Below are positions 12,300-25,685 of a stretch of DNA of 64,000 nt, piece after piece. The notes under the pieces are model-generated. The model was not told where the DNA came from and ran no database searches. It saw only the letters and a program-made list of their open reading frames with translations. Position 1 is the first letter of the stretch. The number at the start of each line of letters is the position of its first letter. Source of the stretch: Eledone cirrhosa (lineage: Eukaryota). The stretch lies in the NCBI GenBank assembly GCA_964016885.1, contig OZ024764.1, positions 21,948,001 through 22,012,000 on the forward strand. Direction: 5' to 3'. Both the position numbers and the translations under genes were made by a program.

Positions 12300-15200
12300 A
12301 TAAATTCAATTTATTCACGTTTATAATAACATATATAATGACACAATGCTTAGAGGAAAGTCATAGCATCACTTATATCAACACAAGTGGATAATTTACT
12401 TCAGAATGAAAATATAAACAGAGCATATAAATAAATTTACAGTAGAATAACATAACAAATATGTTTTAAATATATAAATAACATTACAAATGCCTCGGTA
12501 ACACTATAAAGGATGATACAATGAAAGATAAATTCCTTCAATGTTGCAATATTAAAGAAAATGTAAAGGAAGGGGTGGACAACGGAGCCAACACCAGAGC
12601 AAAAGACAGCAACGAGGGGTACTGGGAAACCTCTCTAATGAGTTTTGAGGCAAGCCAGCACACTGGCAGTGTTACCTCGGGTGATGGCGAGGCTGAGGTG
12701 CTGGAACAGCCAAGCGCCCTCGCGATTTCGCCAGTTACTTCTATAAGGCGAGCAGCCAGTGAGGAAAGGAACCTCGCAGTCAGCGGCCCGACTCCCCCAA
12801 ACGTCTCGAAAGCCACAGGCTGAAAAATGTAGCTGGCCGACAGATCAGAGTATTTGAGGGTCTTACTCCGCTCGGCTGCCGAAGCTGTGGCTCTCGTCCT
12901 TACCGCAGCATCAAGGATGTGGGAAAGAGCAAAGGAGTCACTAACAGTGACGTCCCAGATTAAGCACCTGCCTCTCGACCAGGGGCACAGGGTAAGGCCG
13001 TCAGGTCTTTGGCCGTCACTTCTGGACAACCCAGATGGTTCCAAGACTGAGGGGATGTTTGCCCAGGCCAAAGCTCTCTTCAGAATAAAGTTTAGCTCCG
13101 TGTGACGGGCGAAATGGCCGGCATTCAGGCGGCAAGAAAGACCGTGGGGGCCTGTGGAGTCGAGGAGTTAGCCACATCTCAAACCCATGCAGACGTCAGC
13201 TCCCACTCTGAGGGTGATGGAGACACGAAGTTCATCCAGGCTGAGTAGGCCTCCAACGTTGGCCACGGGTAAGGCATCGACCCAGTCACCGGAGTATTTG
13301 GCGCTGGCAGATGGTAAGCGGCACCTTGCAAACTGATCTGAGAGGACAAAGAGGGAGTCGAAGGTGGCATTCCAACGTATCCTGTCCCAAGTTCTCTGAC
13401 TTCGACTGTCCTCCACCTTCTCAGGAAGAGACAAGCCCAACTCACTCCATTGCTGGAGAGCTTCACACAACTCCCTGTTGGAAATAGTCCATGTTGGAGA
13501 GGAGAGGATGCTGCAAGCTTGGGTGGAGGAAAGGAAGCAGGGGAGAGAGAGGGACGAACACTTACTAACATTGACCAGACACTCGAGTCTCTCGAAGATT
13601 AGGTCGTCGAAGCGTTGGAGGCAGGATGGAAATCTGTGAGAGGGGCTGACCCTGAGCAGATAGAGAAGCTTAGGAATAGACAGGTAGTTCCTGAGTAAGA
13701 AGAAACCTTGATGGGGTTCGATATCTTCAATATTCCTCAGCAGCTGCTCAAGGCCAACCATCTTCGATTGGATGGTGGACTCGAAGGCCAGGTCTGTGAT
13801 TGGGGCTCCTAAGGAGCACCAAGCCGACGGGGGAGGGACCATGATGGAAGGGAAGGACTCTGCGAACAGGTCGATCAGCTGTTGGTGTTAAGAAGCCGGG
13901 TGGTTGAGGATCCAGAGCTCACATTTGGAGCTATTGATCTGGAGACCCCGGCGCCAAGCTCCTCCACCATCCTGTTGGCAGTGGCGAGAACCATATCCGG
14001 AGTTCCCCCCAAACAGGCGTCGTCGAGCTACCAGACATTGAGGTCCAACTCAGCCCTCATCTTGGTGACGTCATCAATGTCCAGTGAGGGGGGAGTCCCG
14101 AGTGGGTCACCCTGTTGGACTCCTGAGGCAGAGGTGATGATCTGGTCACTGAAAGAGAGGTAGGAGGGCTCCCGATAAGCCTGCCAAGCAAAGTGGTAGA
14201 GTTGTGGGATCCTCTCTCTTACTGAGCCGAGGACGATGTTACGGCTGACGGAGTTGAAGGCATTCCTGAGGTCAAGTTTGAGGATGACCTTGGGGGATGA
14301 GGAGGGCAAGTTGGCAAATGCTCTGGCAGCGAGGACAGTAGCCACACATCCCAACCTGGTACCCACCCACAGCTGGATGGGGGAAAATTCCTCCGCCACT
14401 GAGTTGGAGACCAACAGCAATCAAGCCTTTGCAGTGAGGCGGCGAGGTGTGCAGCCAACCGCAATGCGGCGCAGGTCCTCGTTGGGCTTGGTGAGACCAA
14501 ATAGCTTCGCACCGAAGAACAGTGGGCGGATGAACGGGAGAACGTTCACTGATTCACAAACTGAGTCAGACTCTCCAAGAGCTCGAGTCCGGCATCACCG
14601 GCCGATAAGGAGATACCATCCTTGAGGTGTTGAGGACGAAGGACGTCAATTCCCGCGCCTGACCCAGCGGGGAAGGATGAAATTGCCTTTCTGATGATAT
14701 TGGTGGTGTAAACCGGTCTCAAGTATTCTGGTGGTTCGGGCCAGTGTTGCTGATCATCTGGGGGTGCTTCTCTTTCAGACGCTCACGAGAGTCAGAGTTG
14801 CATGGAGCAAGGGAGGACAGCCCCTTTAATGTCAAATTCGCTGAATTGTCATGGACGGCTCGCTTGAGGTCTACCGGTTGTCTGTTGGTGGACACCGAGC
14901 TCGGAGACGAACTGAGATGAGACGTGGTTGGGGTGGACTCAAACAGCTGGAACTGCCGCTTGAGAGAGGACTTGAGGGAACCCGAGTTCGCATTGTGCAC
15001 GTGAAGAGAGATGAGGGGAAACAAAAACAATTTCTGCCAGACTATTGTTGGACGAGGAAACGTTTTTCAGTAAATTAGAGAGGGCACCTGCAAAGCTGTT
15101 CCGAGCTCCCTTAAGGGTCCGGTTAACGAGCTTTGATTTGGTGAAGCCCTGGGGGGGCTGTGGAAAGTCGTCGGTAGAGTGTTGGTCATCCCCACGGAAT

Positions 15201-16570
15201 AGTCAGAGCTGAAGTGGCACCGATGACAGGTCCAGTGTTGAAGCCTTTTTGCTTGAGCTTTGGTGATGCCGACACAGCTTCTGTGGTAGCTTGCGTGGCA
15301 TAGGTGACTTAATTGTCTTTAAGTACTGGTTAGTGCGGGCACAGAGGGCGCAATCAGGTGGCGGGCTGGCAACAGCCGGCATTAGAGGGCCAGCGTTGGA
15401 ATTCGCTGAAGGGAGTGAGTCAGTAAAGGAGAAAACAGTGGTTCTAACGGTGGGACTAAAGCGGGGGTTGGGTAGTGAGCTAACAGTTGTAGGGGTGGTG
15501 TGGTTGGCCGGGTTGGATTCGTTCGGAATCTGCCGTGAAGGAGAGGAGGGGTAGGTGGGGTCAAGTTAGCTCCTCTCGTGCGTGCTGCAGTTGGTGGAGA
15601 ATGAGAGGTCGAAGGCTGACCGGTTGTCACATAGTCGTTCCACCAAGCAGGTCTCTTGGTCGTTCAACGCATGCCACCCCCACTTAGAGTGGACTATGTT
15701 AAAGTGGTGGCAACTTTAGCAATCGGCAATCGCCGGTAATAGTTCGGTCGAAACATCGGGCCACCAGCGGGTTGAACGAATACCTAGGTGGGCTGTGCGT
15801 GAGGAGGAAGTAAGGGTTGAGCAAGGGGAGGGATGGAAGGTGGAGAAGGAGTGAGAAGATGATGAGTGCGTGGAGAGGAGTGTGGTCATGTGAGAGGCAG
15901 ATAAATACAGTGGGAGAGAAAGAGCACTGAACATGCAAAGAGAAGGAAAATAAAAACGCTAGAAATACAAAATCTAAGGCTGTGAGTTTGTGTAATAGTT
16001 CGCATAGGTAAATCCGCAGTAAAAACCGAAATTGTGAGTTTGTGTAAAAAAGAAAAAAAAAAAAAACATGGGCAAGACTTAAGTAAAATCAAAACCTGAA
16101 TGATAGTGATACAAGATGTTTACAATTACGGAGTGATTACATTACTGGACCTGAATTCTATCAAGTGGTCAAAGCTTCTAATTCTGTGAAATAGAATGGA
16201 AGTATGGATTGACCTTTCAGTCACACCTGACTATAAATAGATTCAGGTTATTTCAAGAGGGAGATGGGATGGTTCCTCGCCATTTATAATTATTTATATT
16301 TTATATTTGGGGGGTTTGATTTTGAAAAATTGTAAGTGTATGTTAAGGAGGAAAGTATAATTGTGTGATACAATTGCTCCAGGTTGGTTCCCTACGTTGT
16401 TGCCACAAACAATTCTTTTTTCCTCCGAACATCTGTTATTCCTCTCCGTAGATTATAAATGGTAAAATCCGTTCGATCCAACCGAATGGAAAATCCAGTT
16501 CCTTGAAGAATATTTTGAGTTGTCTCGGACAAAGCAAAAAAAGGGGAAAGTTGAAAATGTTTACCTCGTT
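12300..16570 (-). mobile_element. CRE-like RLE non-LTR retrotransposon, near full-length but frameshifted
   Basis: RT (LRRIAVG, LKLDLRNAFNS, GVQQGDPLG, NVW.LDD) and restriction-like endonuclease (RPDG...WDVTV...K..KY...PVAFETFG); ends defined by the empty site at 57055/57056. Confidence 0.82.
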
Positions 16571-17024
16571 TGGTGGTCAATTGCCATCTCCCACTGTGTT
16601 TTTCTTTCCTTTATCATTATTGTTCAATAAATTATATTATTATACACAGTTTAGACAATATATTTGTAATGTCTTTCTCAAGGAATTGCCAGCAATTTAT
16701 AATGTTATTTACACACTTATGTTATTTATGTATATATTTAAAACATATTTACAACGTTATTCTACTGTAAATTTATACAATTGTAATAAAATATATTAAT
16801 TATATCATCACATAATATAAAAACGACCTTTAGAATATTTAAATATTTAGTTTTGTTAATTTATTTTTCAGCAACAACAAAAGTTTTCACTTTAATTAAT
16901 TAGAGGTCGGTAAAATATAGATAATTACGATAACATTTTATATTTCCAGTAATGAAACAAACAAGAAAATATATATTTGTGATGTGAAGAGTGAGCTTAA
17001 ATCTACAATATTAATAGACATAAT

Positions 17025-17331
17025 TGTTTCTACTTTTGGCACAAGGCCAGCAATTATCCCAGTACATTACTGGTACTTTATTTTATCGACCCCGTAAGGA
17101 TGAAAGGCAAAGTAAACCTCGGCGGGATTTGAACTCAGATCGTAAAGGGACGTAACTATGCTGGAAAGCATGGCGTCCGACCTTCTACCGATACTGCCAA
17201 TCCACCGCCCTTATTAATAGACATAATTGTTTCTACTTTAGGCACAAGGCCAGCAATTACTCAGTGCATTACTGGTACTTTATTTTATCGACCCCGTAAG
17301 GATGAAAGGCAAAGTCAACCTCGGCGGGATT
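17025..17331 (-). mobile_element. Two tandem tRNA-derived SINEs with triplicated 15-bp TSD
   Basis: B box GAGTTCAAATCC; ATTAATAGACATAAT at 17010, 17213 and 17332, present once at the empty site ~37308. Confidence 0.78.
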
Positions 17332-17346
17332 ATTAATAGACATAAT

Positions 17347-17463
17347 ACTTACATTATAGTCTCAGTAAATGTTGTTGTAGGAAGACTAACACGTGGACAG
17401 GAAGTAGACAACTGCACCACTGCGCATGCTTCAATGTCAAAGGTCAAGTTTTTTGGTGACGTA
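17347..17463 (-). promoter_or_regulatory. Putative promoter and non-coding exon 1 donor of ZNF copy 1
   Basis: Cluster of CACGTG, CAGGAAGT, TGCGCATGC and TGACGT within 75 bp; minus-strand GTAAGT donor at 17352-17347; matching acceptor tttcag at 10767. Confidence 0.55.
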
Positions 17464-19549
17464 AAAATATTTTTACTGAATTAAATTATGTAAAGTTTGT
17501 AAGAAAAAAATGAAGTTGAAATCAGTAAATGTAATTAAAATAGAGAAAGTAAGGTGTTGGTGGTGAAGAATGGACGGTACACATTTCACCTCAGTCTAGG
17601 TAGTGTATTTTACCTGTGTCACTCGGACAATAGCCAGCGATGACCACTACACCAACCACTCTCTCCTTCAGATGGTGTTCACTTTCGTGAGTCTGTAGAA
17701 TAACAGGGCAGTGGGAAGACAGAGGACAGCAGAGGAGGTCTTGACTAGAAAAGAGTATCACTTGATACCTCGATATAACCTGTTGGTAGATATAGTAGGG
17801 TGCTGGATCAATCGAGTACCCTGGCAGAGATCACCGGGTATCTCGGTAAGATCGGGTCATATGGAGGCTAAGTTGCCAGAACAGCTAAGTACCCCGACAG
17901 AGATCACCGGGTACTTCGGTAAGATCGGGTCATGTGGAGGCTAAACCGCCAGAACAGCTAAGTACCCTCACAAGAGTCATCGGGTACTTCGGTAAAGCCA
18001 GCCGCCAACAGTGACCACAACTTCGTTGTCAGCAGCCCAGCTTCTCAAACATCACAGACTGGAATAAATACTTTGCCGATAATTACTGGTAGTTTAGCTT
18101 TTATTTCGTTCGTCTACAGAAGCAGTGACCCTCACTTTTACTACAGCATGTAGGATGTGGGAGGGAGACGAAAACATCACTAATGTGACAGTTAGTTTTG
18201 AAAATATATATACAAGATACAAGACAAATGACTAGACTGAAATATATTTGAATGGGAATAAAGAGTAGAATATTCTAGTCTGTGGTGTTGGAGAAGTTTG
18301 GAGGAGATAGGTCCCTGACAACGAGGTTCTTGTTATCGTTGGCAGCTCTCCTTACCGAGGTGTCAGGTGATACATATGAGGGTGTTTGGTAGTTCCAACA
18401 TCATAGCCTTGCTATCACTCGAGGTAAGACTGTCTCAGAAAGTATTAGAAGGAGACTCCAGCACCCCATGTGATGTGCGACTGATTGACAGAGTGTTGAC
18501 TTAATATTTTCATTTGTTGTGATTCTATGTGAAATATGTCTCTATGTAAGTAACTTGGTTACGTGAATCATTGTGAATCTCGTAAATACTTAAACAGAAA
18601 TCTACTTAGGACACAAAATAAAGCAGATTCCATTGAACAAAGTATGTAAAGGACGTATATCAAAAAGAAGGGGGGATGTAACGAAAGTTGTCTCCCCTTA
18701 CATATGTTTTGTTTTACTGTATTAGGGGTATAGATGTGTTTGTCTGTCTCTCTCTCGGTATAAACTATCATTTGCACTGCCTGTTTTTTGTTCCTGTCTA
18801 ATATTTAACTATATATATATATATCCATCTCTCCAAAAATGATCAATTTAATTCTCTTTAACTCACTACATTCCACGACATGAAGTCTGCTGTCAAAACT
18901 GACCAAAGAATCCTGCCACCTCTACCCCTCCCTCCATCTCAGTTTGTCACTCTACTTCCTACCTCTTCCCCCTTCCTCTCTCTCTATACTATTCCGTCTG
19001 TCTCCTCACCTTCTGATTCCTCTCTCTCTATACTAGTAAATACAATTCCAAATAAATGTTTTTCTCTATATATTAAGAATTATTTCAAGAGTAACTTACT
19101 ATTTTGAAAATTTGGACTGTGAACAGAACAACAATTATAATTGAGTGGCTGCTATTTGCAGGATAGAAATATAAGGTTGCACTTACCAATGAAACGGTCG
19201 TAAATACCTGGATAAAATCCTTCTCTTAATGCTTACCTGTGTTTTCTCTTTTATACTATATATACATATATACATATATATAATGGAATACTGTTGGCTT
19301 TTTGCTACAATAATTTCTATATTCTTCATTTATATATATATATATATATCTTGAGGTTGTGAGTTCGATTCCTGGACCAGGCGATGCGTTATGACCTTGA
19401 GCAAGACACTTTATTTCACGTTGTTCCTTCTACCTGGAGTTGCGACCGATAGTACTAGCAATTGGAAAGACCAATGGAAACATTGCTTCCTCGGTCCGAT
19501 TTGACGAAAGTCGATCGTTCCTTCATATATATATATATATATACACACA

Positions 19550-21560
19550 CTGTGATACCTTGACTTACGAGTTTAATTTGTTCCGTGGAGGACCTCGTAA
19601 CTTAAATTACTCGTATGTCAAATCAATTTTCCCCACTGAAATAAAATAAAATGCCATTAATCCGTTCCAGACCCCCAAAAACCACAGTTTGTTTTGTTAC
19701 GTGTTTTTAAATAAGAAAAATGTACTTATAAATGACAAATATTGTATACAAAAAACAATACAATAGAATGTACTGCAACAAACTAGTTTTATTAAGTATA
19801 ATGTACAGCATCTATCTTGGAGATCAGACGACTTGAGGATGTTGACGGAGGAGAAAGGATGAACTGAATAACTGAATCTTATTCGCTGATTTTTGCTCTT
19901 TTCGCCACGCTTTCCTCACTTTTATCTGCAGGGATTTTCAATAAAAACCTGTCTAATAAGGTTTGTTTCATCTCACTTGTTGAGATAACCTCCTCTGTGT
20001 CACCTATTTCCTGCAAAAACTCCGTGTGTTGCTGTGTCTGTAGCTCCTTTAATTCCTTCGTTGTCATTTCCTCGGGGTGCTCCTCGATGAGCTCGTTGAT
20101 GTCACCTTCATCCATGTCCAGGCCCATGGACTTACCGAGGGGTACAATCTCCTCCACCACTGCCGCTTCGGGTTCGAGTCTTTCAAAGTCTGTTTTAGAC
20201 ACAACCTCAGGCCACAGCTTCTTCCATGTAGAGGTCAAGGTCCTCTTTGTAAGACCCTACCATGTCATATCGATAATTCTGAGGCATATCACGATGTTAT
20301 AATGGTCCTTCCAGACCTCTCAAGGGTGAAGTTTGTGCTCCCCGTCACTTCAAAGCAGCGACTGAACAGGTGCTTGGTGAAGAGCTTCTTGAAATTAGAA
20401 AGTACCTGCTGGTCCTTGGGCTGTAGGATAGGGGTGGTGTTTGGTGGAAGGTAGAGGACCTTTATAAACTTGAACTCTTCGAGGGTGGGTGAGTGAGCAG
20501 GTGCATTATGTAGGACAAGAAAGATTTACAGGGGTAGGTTATTTTCATGGAGATATTTTTTAACGTCAGGACCAAAGACCAAATTCACCCACTCCACAAA
20601 GAACTACCTGGTGACCCATGACCTCGGGTTTGCCCTCCACATAACCTGCAGTTTTTCTTTCAGAATCTTATGTGACTTAAAGGTTCTGGAGTTTTCTGAA
20701 TGATAAACGAGTGGCAACTTAATCTTACAGTCAACGTTCACAGTGGCACACAGTGCGAGGGTTAGCCTATCCTTCATGGGTTTGTGGCCAGGTATCCTCT
20801 TCCATTATATAAGTCCTTTTTGGTATCTTCTTCCAAAAAAGTCCTGTTTCATCACAGTTAAAGACTTGCTGAGGGATGTATCCTTCGGCTGCTATAATTC
20901 AGGGAAAGGTTTTGAGGTAATCCTCAGCTGCCTTCATATCCGCGCTCGCTGCCTCACCATGCCTGACAACGGAGTGAATGCCGGCCCTCTTTTTAAAATT
21001 CTCAAACCAACCCCGACTGGCATTAAAGGGCTTGCCGGTGCCTCGTCCGTAGAAGTACCTGGGGTTTGCTGCCACAAATCAGCGTAAATAGCTCGTGCCT
21101 TCTCACATATTATAATCTTCATCACAGTATCTCTTCCGACCTGCTTCTCCTTCAACCACACCATCAGCAGCTTTTCCATGTTTAGAAATTATTTTACCAC
21201 CCTTAGCTGGGGTTATAGCCTTTATCAAGTCCTTCTACTTCAGTATGGTACATATCGTAGAAGTTCTACGCTCGTACTGCTTCACCAAGTCCACTACACA
21301 CACCTTGGTCATGTTTTTCTATAATTTCTTTCTTTAATTCAATACACATCATCTGCTTCTTCTTCTCAGAACTGTCCTTCACCCTCACTTTCTTCGAAGC
21401 CATGGGATGCTGGGCGGGTGTTATCGTATTCCCTGTGGCGGTCGCTATGCCAACTAGTGGCGGGGCATCTGAAGCTGACTCGTAACCTGAATTTTACCCT
21501 GGAACTCAACGCAAAAAATCAGCCGATTAGTTGGGACACTCGTAAGTCAAGGTACCACTG
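19550..21560 (-). mobile_element. Tigger/pogo remnant, copy 2
   Basis: Same TIRs; retains the MEKLLMVWL CENP-B-type HTH segment. Confidence 0.88.
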
Positions 21561-21561
21561 T

Positions 21562-24329
21562 ATCATCATCATCATCATCATCATTTTACGTCCGCTATTC
21601 CCTGCTCGCAAGGGTGGGACAGGTCTTATTCAGCACAGCATGTCTCCACTCATCACGGTCCCTCGTCATCTCCACCGTGAGCTTCAACGATCTGAGGTCT
21701 GTTCTAACCACCTCCGCCCATGTTTTTCGTGGTCTACCTCTACCACGTCTTCCTTCAACTGGCATTTCCTGGCACTTCTTCAGCCATCGGTCATCCTCCA
21801 TGCGCATCACATGTCCATCACATGTCCATACCACCTCAGTCTTCTCCCCCGTACACTACATTCTATCCCTCTCAGACACAGTTTCTCTCTCAATACATTT
21901 ATGCTGGGCCGTTCACGCACATTTACACTGCACATCCAACGGAGCATGCTTGCCTCATTTCTCCTCAGCTGTCGCATATCCTCTGCAGTTGCTGCCCATG
22001 TCTCACTACCAAGCAGCATTGCAGTGCTCACGCAGGCATCATACAACCGGCCTTTCGTACGCAGGGAGAAACCTTTCTTCGTCAGCAGCTCCCTAAACGT
22101 CTTCCAACCCGTCCTTATTCTAGTTATTATTGCCTCGGAACACCCTCCTCCCATGCTAATCTGATCTCCTAGGTACCGGAAGCTATCCACCACTTCCATA
22201 GCGCCTTCCTGCATTTGAAAACTGTGTCTATCAATGCGACTTCTACTGTCTAATTTCCCTGTACATCTACTGCATAAGTATTTCTCCCTACCTGTTAGTT
22301 TGCCTGCTATCCCGCTACATCTCGTGTACCCAGGATCTGCATTGTGTGCATTTTATAGAATTTATGCCAGTTCCTTTTCTGCATATCGAACATGGCCATT
22401 TCCCTAATAGAATCAGAGTTTTGTCCTCTTTTCTACTCATCAACACTTTTGTCTTAGCTAGGTTCACTCTCAGTCCTCTTTCTGTTTCCATAGCCAGAAT
22501 TTATTCTCTAGCTCCTCTACTGATTCTGCTATAAGAATCAGATCGTCAGCATAGAGAAGTTCCCATGGGCAGCCAGTCTTAAACTCCTCTGTTATGACTT
22601 GGAGGACTATAATGAACAAGAGCGGACTGAGGACCGAACGTTGATGTACTCCTACTTGTACATAGCTTGCACTGTCCTCACACGCCATTCCTCAACACCT
22701 AGTTTCCTTAGGGACCACCAGATGACAGATCGGGGTACCCTATCAAAGGTCTTCTCTAGGTCAATAAAGGCTAAGTAGAGTGGCTTATTTTTCTCTAAGA
22801 ACCTCTCTTGCAATTGTCTCACTAAGAAGAGGGCATCGGTTGTACTCTTCCCAGGCACAAAACCAAACTGCATCTCATCTAGTTTGACCCTTTCTCTAAT
22901 TAGTTGTGCTAATATCCTTTCTGCCACTTTCATAACCTGATCCATCAGTTTTATACCCCTATGATTGCTCCTCTCCAGAGCATCCCCTTTACCTTTGTAG
23001 CAATTTATGAGAATACTGCTGCACTAGTCTTTGGGTATGACACCACCATATATAGCCTGATTAATGATGCGTGCAACCAGTTTAGTGCCTACGTCCCCTG
23101 ATGCCTTCAGCATCTCAGCAACTATTCCCAATGGTCCAGCAGCCTTACCATTTTTCATTTCCTTAATCGCCTCTTGGACACTATATTCGTCAATCTCAAT
23201 AGCTGGTCCCTCTGTCGGATCTACTAAGGGTAATTTCTCTCTCCCCCATTCATCAGTCTCTCATAATGACATTTCCAGGCCTTCTCTTTATAATCATTCG
23301 TGACACTAAGTACACCGGCATCATCCCGGACACATTTATCTCCAACAACATCCTGATTTGCATTGACCCTGATCTTCCCGTCACAGAACATTGGCAAACC
23401 TCCTACTCTCAGTCTCCCTGCGTGCTAAGTACACCTGACGTCTAGCTTCTCTCTTAGCGGCTGTATATTCTTCCCTACTCCCACTCTTTTTCCAAGCCTT
23501 CCATGCTAGTCTTTTGTCTCTAATGGCCTTATCTACTGTGCTGTTCCACCACCAGGTCACTCTCTGCTCCAGCCACAAGTTTCTTCAGTAGCCTGCAGTA
23601 AGTTGTCACGTAAGAAATTCCAGTTGTTATCTATGTCATACGTCTCTAAATCGTCTTCTTTTTCGTCATATACATCTTGAAGGGCTTTCCTAATTTTGTA
23701 TTTTAGTGAAAGCTCTTTTAGCTTCCAGACCTTTCTTCTCCACACCTTCCTGTATGTCTCATTCCATCTCTTGCTTACTGAGATATCACTAACAACTAAC
23801 CTATGCTGTGGGGTACATTCTTCCCCAGGGTATGCCTTGGTATTAGACACTATCTGCCTGTCCCGCTGCCTAACTAGCAGGAAGTCAATCTGGCTTATGT
23901 GCTCACCAGATTTGTAGGTTATTAGGTGATTGGCAGGTTTCTGGAAGTTTGTGTTGCAAATAGTCAATGTACCTGCATCACAAAATTCAAGAAGTCTCAC
24001 TCCTTCTTCATTTCTTGAGCCGTAACCGTGCCCACCATGTACCCCAGTGTAACCATCCTGGAGCTGTCCAACATGACCATTGAAGTCCCCTACTAGCATA
24101 ATGATGTCTCCGTCCTGTCATTGCGGCTGTTTGTAAAAGTTGCTCGTAAAAGCAGTCTTTCTCATCTTTGCCTAGGCCTGCTTGGGGAACATAGGCAGAG
24201 ATGATTGTCAGTAGTCTCCTGCCTACAACTAATCTAAGCTTATTCTATTACTAACTCGAACTACCTCTATTGTCTTATTGATCCATCTCTCAGCCAGGAA
24301 AATGCCTACTCCCCCTAACCCATCATCCT
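21562..24329 (-). mobile_element. RTE-clade LINE, duplicated copy cut by the unit junction
   Basis: Paralog of 3206-5975 at the same insertion site. Confidence 0.92.
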
Positions 24330-25194
24330 CTGTCTTAGACAAATGACTAGACTGAAATATATTTGATAGGGAATAAAGAGTAGAATATTCTAGTCTGTGG
24401 TGTTGGAGAAGTTTGGAGGAGATAGGTCCCTGACAACGAGGTTCTTGTTATCGTTGGCAGCTCTCCTTACCGAGGTGTCAGGTGATACATATGAGGGTGT
24501 TTGGTAGTTCCAACATCTTAGCCTTGCTATCACTCGAGGTAAGACTGTCTCAGAAAGTATTAGAGGGAGACTCCGGCACCCCATGTGATGTGAGACTGAT
24601 TGACAGAGTGTTGACTTAATATTTTCATTTGTTGTGATTCTATGTGAAATATATCTCTATGTAAGTAACTTGGTTACGTGAATCATTGTGAATCTCGTAA
24701 ATACTTAAACAGAAATCTACTTAGGACACAAAATAAAGCAGGTTCCATTGAACAAAGTATTTAAAGGACGTATATCAAAAAGAAGGGGGATGTAACGAGA
24801 GTTGTCTCCCCTTACATATGTTTTACGGTAGTGTACGTTTGTGTGTTTCTCTATCTCTCTCTATATATAAATATATATATTTTTTCTTTACGATCGACTT
24901 TTCGTCAAATCGGACCGAGGAAACAATGTTTCCATTGGTCTTTCCAATTGCTAATACTATCTATCGGTCGCAACTCCAGAAGACTGCAAAAGACTGTCTC
25001 ATACTTCTTTGAAAGATGTTTTCAAACAAACACGTGTACAAAATCCTGTTGTGTTAAAAATAATAATTACGTATGAAACAAATTATTCATTAAAGTAATT
25101 AGCAAATACGTTTTTATATATGGTGTCTAGCAAGGGGACCCACTCGCCTCACTCCTATTGGTGGTGACAGTTGACAACATGGTCTAGTTACCCC

Positions 25195-25480
25195 TGTCTG
25201 GTACCTAGATGACACAACCCTGGGTGGCCCGGCTGAGAGAGGTTAAGGCCTCTCTATACCTCAGTATATTACAGTCCAACATAACTGGGATGACATCAAT
25301 TGTAGGTCTCTTCACACTGGTCACCAACGAGACCTCAGAAGTACTTGGACCCCATACTGCCAAGCTCCTCTGTAAGATCAGAACGTTGGTGGCCCTTCTG
25401 AAGTGGGAGTCCCATGAGGTTGGGGTGGCTGTTGCAGTGGGTGTTACTGTCCATCGCCCGGGGCAAATACTTTTGCAGTC
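25195..25480 (+). mobile_element. Old RLE 3' fragment (diverged family)
   Basis: ETSEVLGP.TAKLL motif resembling the RLE ETxG segment; paralog at ~59265-59500. Confidence 0.5.
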
Positions 25481-25685
25481 TTATCCACAGGGCACAGCAC
25501 TTCTGCCCCTTGACCTAGACCCAAAGCTCAATTATTTACTTGTTGCTGTGGGTACTTTTATATTTAGTTGTTTTATGACCCTTCTTTGAAATGTAGTCTT
25601 TGTCTCATGTGGTGACCTCCTGGTAGTTAATGTAGCAGAACACACTGAAGGACATGCTGCCCTCCCTAGTGTTGGTAACCTACAT

